Assembly (NCBI GenBank): GCA_902782835.1
Contig: CACZOQ010000004.1
Span: forward strand, 1 to 58,041
DNA: 58,041 bases
Direction: 5' to 3'
DNA from: an uncultured Erysipelotrichaceae bacterium
Lineage (GTDB): Bacteria > Bacillota_I > Bacilli_A > RF39 > UBA660
The notes below the pieces were generated by a model. The model searched no databases. It was given only the letters and a program-made list of their open reading frames with translations, and was not told the origin of the DNA. How positions within the stretch are numbered: the first letter of the stretch is position 1; every line of letters starts with the position of its first letter. The position numbers were made by a program, and so were the translations under genes. This document shows positions 56,516 to 58,041 of the stretch, piece after piece.

Positions 56516-57757
56516 ATGAAAATAGTCAAACTTAGTTCCTCACAATTTGATAGATTTGCATCAACACATAGATATCGAAATTTCTATCAAAGTTCTATGT
56601 ATGCAAACGTAATGACAAAATTTGGATATCGCGCCCAATTTCTAGGTGTAGTAAATGATCAAAACAAACTCATTGGAGCTACCTTAATTATTTATAAAGA
56701 AGTTTTTATGGGAAATAAAATTGCTTATGCCCCAAGAGGAATCCTTTTTGATTATGAAAATGCAGAAAATACAGAAAAACTTGTACGTAAATTAAAAAAA
56801 GTATTAGGAAAGCAAGGCTTTATTCTATTAAGAATAGATCCTTATATTCCATTAACAATCCGAGATGCTGAAGGAAACATTATGAACTTCAACAACAAAG
56901 GAAATACAATTACAGATAATTTAAAAAATGCAGGATTTGAATATAAAGGAAAAACAAACAATTTTGAAACAGAAAAACCTCGTTGGGAAGCTTTAGTTCT
57001 TTTACAAAGAGACATTCGAGAGATATTTGCTAAGCTAGATAAAAGGACAAGAAATAAAATTAGAAGAGCAACGAATAGTGGTGTTGAAGTAGTAAAAGAT
57101 ATCAATAGAGATGTTACAGCACTATATAATTTTGTTGGAAAAAAAGATAGAAAACCATTAGCTTTTTATAAGGAAATATGCGAAAAATATGAAAGCAATG
57201 CAGAAATATATTATGCTAAAATCAATACAGAAACTTTTTTAATTAATAGTAGAAGAAGCTATGAAAAAGAAGTAGAATATAATACTTCTTTAGCAAATAG
57301 AGTACAGGATATGTCTCTAGAAGAAAAAGATAGAAATTCATACTTAAATAAAAAAATGGAATCAGATAAATTAATCACAGCATATAAAAATAGTCTTTTA
57401 AGAGCAACCGACTTATTAAAAAGCAATCCGGATGGAATTATTATTGCAGGAGCATTAGTTATCAAATACGATAACGCTGCATATATATTTACTGAAGGTG
57501 GAGATGATGATTACGCATATTTAAATGCTAATTATTTAATAAAATGGCAATTAATTAATGACTATAATAATCAAGGTCTAAAATACTTAAACTTAGACGG
57601 AATTTCAGGAGATGTTGAAAAAGCGAATGAATATAATAGTTTAAACGAATCTAAAGTTGGATTTAATGTAACGATTACAGAATATATAGGAGAATTTGAT
57701 ATCGTATTAAATAACTTTGCCTTTAACTGGTATAAAAAAATGAATAAGAATAAATAA
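56516..57757 (+). CDS. FemAB-family peptidoglycan interpeptide-bridge aminoacyltransferase (third copy)
   Basis: FYQSSMYANV, AYAPRGILFDY, LLRIDPY, coiled-coil insert, LNESKVGFN. Confidence 0.8.
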   Translation: MKIVKLSSSQFDRFASTHRYRNFYQSSMYANVMTKFGYRAQFLGVVNDQNKLIGATLIIYKEVFMGNKIAYAPRGILFDYENAENTEKLVRKLKKVLGKQGFILLRIDPYIPLTIRDAEGNIMNFNNKGNTITDNLKNAGFEYKGKTNNFETEKPRWEALVLLQRDIREIFAKLDKRTRNKIRRATNSGVEVVKDINRDVTALYNFVGKKDRKPLAFYKEICEKYESNAEIYYAKINTETFLINSRRSYEKEVEYNTSLANRVQDMSLEEKDRNSYLNKKMESDKLITAYKNSLLRATDLLKSNPDGIIIAGALVIKYDNAAYIFTEGGDDDYAYLNANYLIKWQLINDYNNQGLKYLNLDGISGDVEKANEYNSLNESKVGFNVTITEYIGEFDIVLNNFAFNWYKKMNKNK

Positions 57758-57806
57758 TTATTCTTTTTTTATACCTAAAATAACATTTCATAAAAAACAC
57801 AAAAAA

Positions 57807-57826
57807 AGAACTGAATATTCAGTTCT
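57807..57826. terminator. bidirectional terminator between the fem gene and tuf
   Basis: AGAACTGA-ATAT-TCAGTTCT flanked by A and T runs. Confidence 0.75.
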
Positions 57827-57837
57827 TTTAATAATCA

Positions 57838-58041
57838 TTATTCAACGATTTCAGTTACAGAACCAGCACCAACAGTTCTTCCACCTTCACGGATAGAGAA
57901 TTGAGTACCTTGTTCCAAAGCGATTGAATGGATTAATTCAACTTCCATATCAATATTATCTCCAGGCATTACCATTTCAGTTCCTTCTGGTAAAGTAATA
58001 ACACCAGTAACATCAGTAGTTCTGAAATAGAATTGTGGACG
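57838..58041 (-). CDS. tuf: elongation factor Tu, C-terminal 67 aa (truncated by the window edge)
   Basis: Reverse translation gives [67 protein letters not shown] followed by a stop. Confidence 0.95.
   Translation of the reverse strand, partial: RPQFYFRTTDVTGVITLPEGTEMVMPGDNIDMEVELIHSIALEQGTQFSIREGGRTVGAGSVTEIVE

Noticed and set aside
1-58041. Remaining short track ORFs nested in or antisense to long conserved genes (for example 13709-13975, 16991-17245, 17725-17955, 19637-19986, 20546-20881, 21902-22187, 22291-22560, 24009-24284, 26850-27050, 28629-29156, 29410-29604, 30022-30288, 31641-31835, 33289-33481, 35917-36108, 36513-36818, 37705-37896, 40227-40415, 40668-40862, 42285-43958, 46211-46396, 47074-47407, 52624-53043, 55677-55895, 56842-57465)
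   Set aside because: Each is fully contained in a longer ORF with clear family motifs. None has a convincing RBS or a recognisable motif.
1-58041. Search for CRISPR arrays, tRNA/rRNA genes, IS elements, integrases and type VII secretion core genes
   Set aside because: None were found by reading both strands. The only tRNA-like element is the tmRNA. No repeat-spacer periodicity, no transposase or recombinase motifs, and no FtsK/SpoIIIE-type ATPase ORF are present.

Overview
AT-rich chromosomal segment from a low-GC Gram-positive (Bacillota-type) genome. RBSs are GGAGG-like, promoters are sigma-A-like, and there are two T-box leaders. I call 57 protein-coding genes (two truncated at the window edges), one tmRNA, two T-box riboswitches, and a set of rho-independent terminators and promoters. 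I saw no rRNA, tRNA, CRISPR array, transposase, integrase or prophage block. Most content is housekeeping: trmB, leuS, fhs, cdaA-cdaR, pflB-pflA, secG-rnr-smpB, ssrA, murD-murI, tuf. The window has a strong cell-envelope bias: three FemAB-family genes, a MurJ/SpoVB-like flippase, an L,D-transpeptidase, a VanY-type carboxypeptidase, two NlpC/P60 proteins, an S41 protease, and a thioester adhesin with its sortase. The stand-out locus is 6662-11511 on the minus strand. It holds seven consecutive leaderless genes that each start with a WXG100-size helical module. Four of them are fused to C-terminal heads (NlpC/P60, glucosaminidase, phage-tail-lysozyme-like, one unassigned). No type VII secretion machinery and no immunity gene is present in the window. 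Secondary items: a T-box leader in front of a CYTH-domain gene; a Leu T-box operon whose first cistron is a small membrane protein overlapping leuS; an IscU-like/GGGtGRT gene pair of unknown function; a tail-anchored GH10-like/PHP fusion protein; a thioester adhesin with a non-canonical sorting signal and a mini-sortase lacking the conserved Arg; a divergent second RNase II/R paralog; and a kinase-like/radical-SAM operon. All calls come from reading the sequence and the supplied translations. No database search was run.
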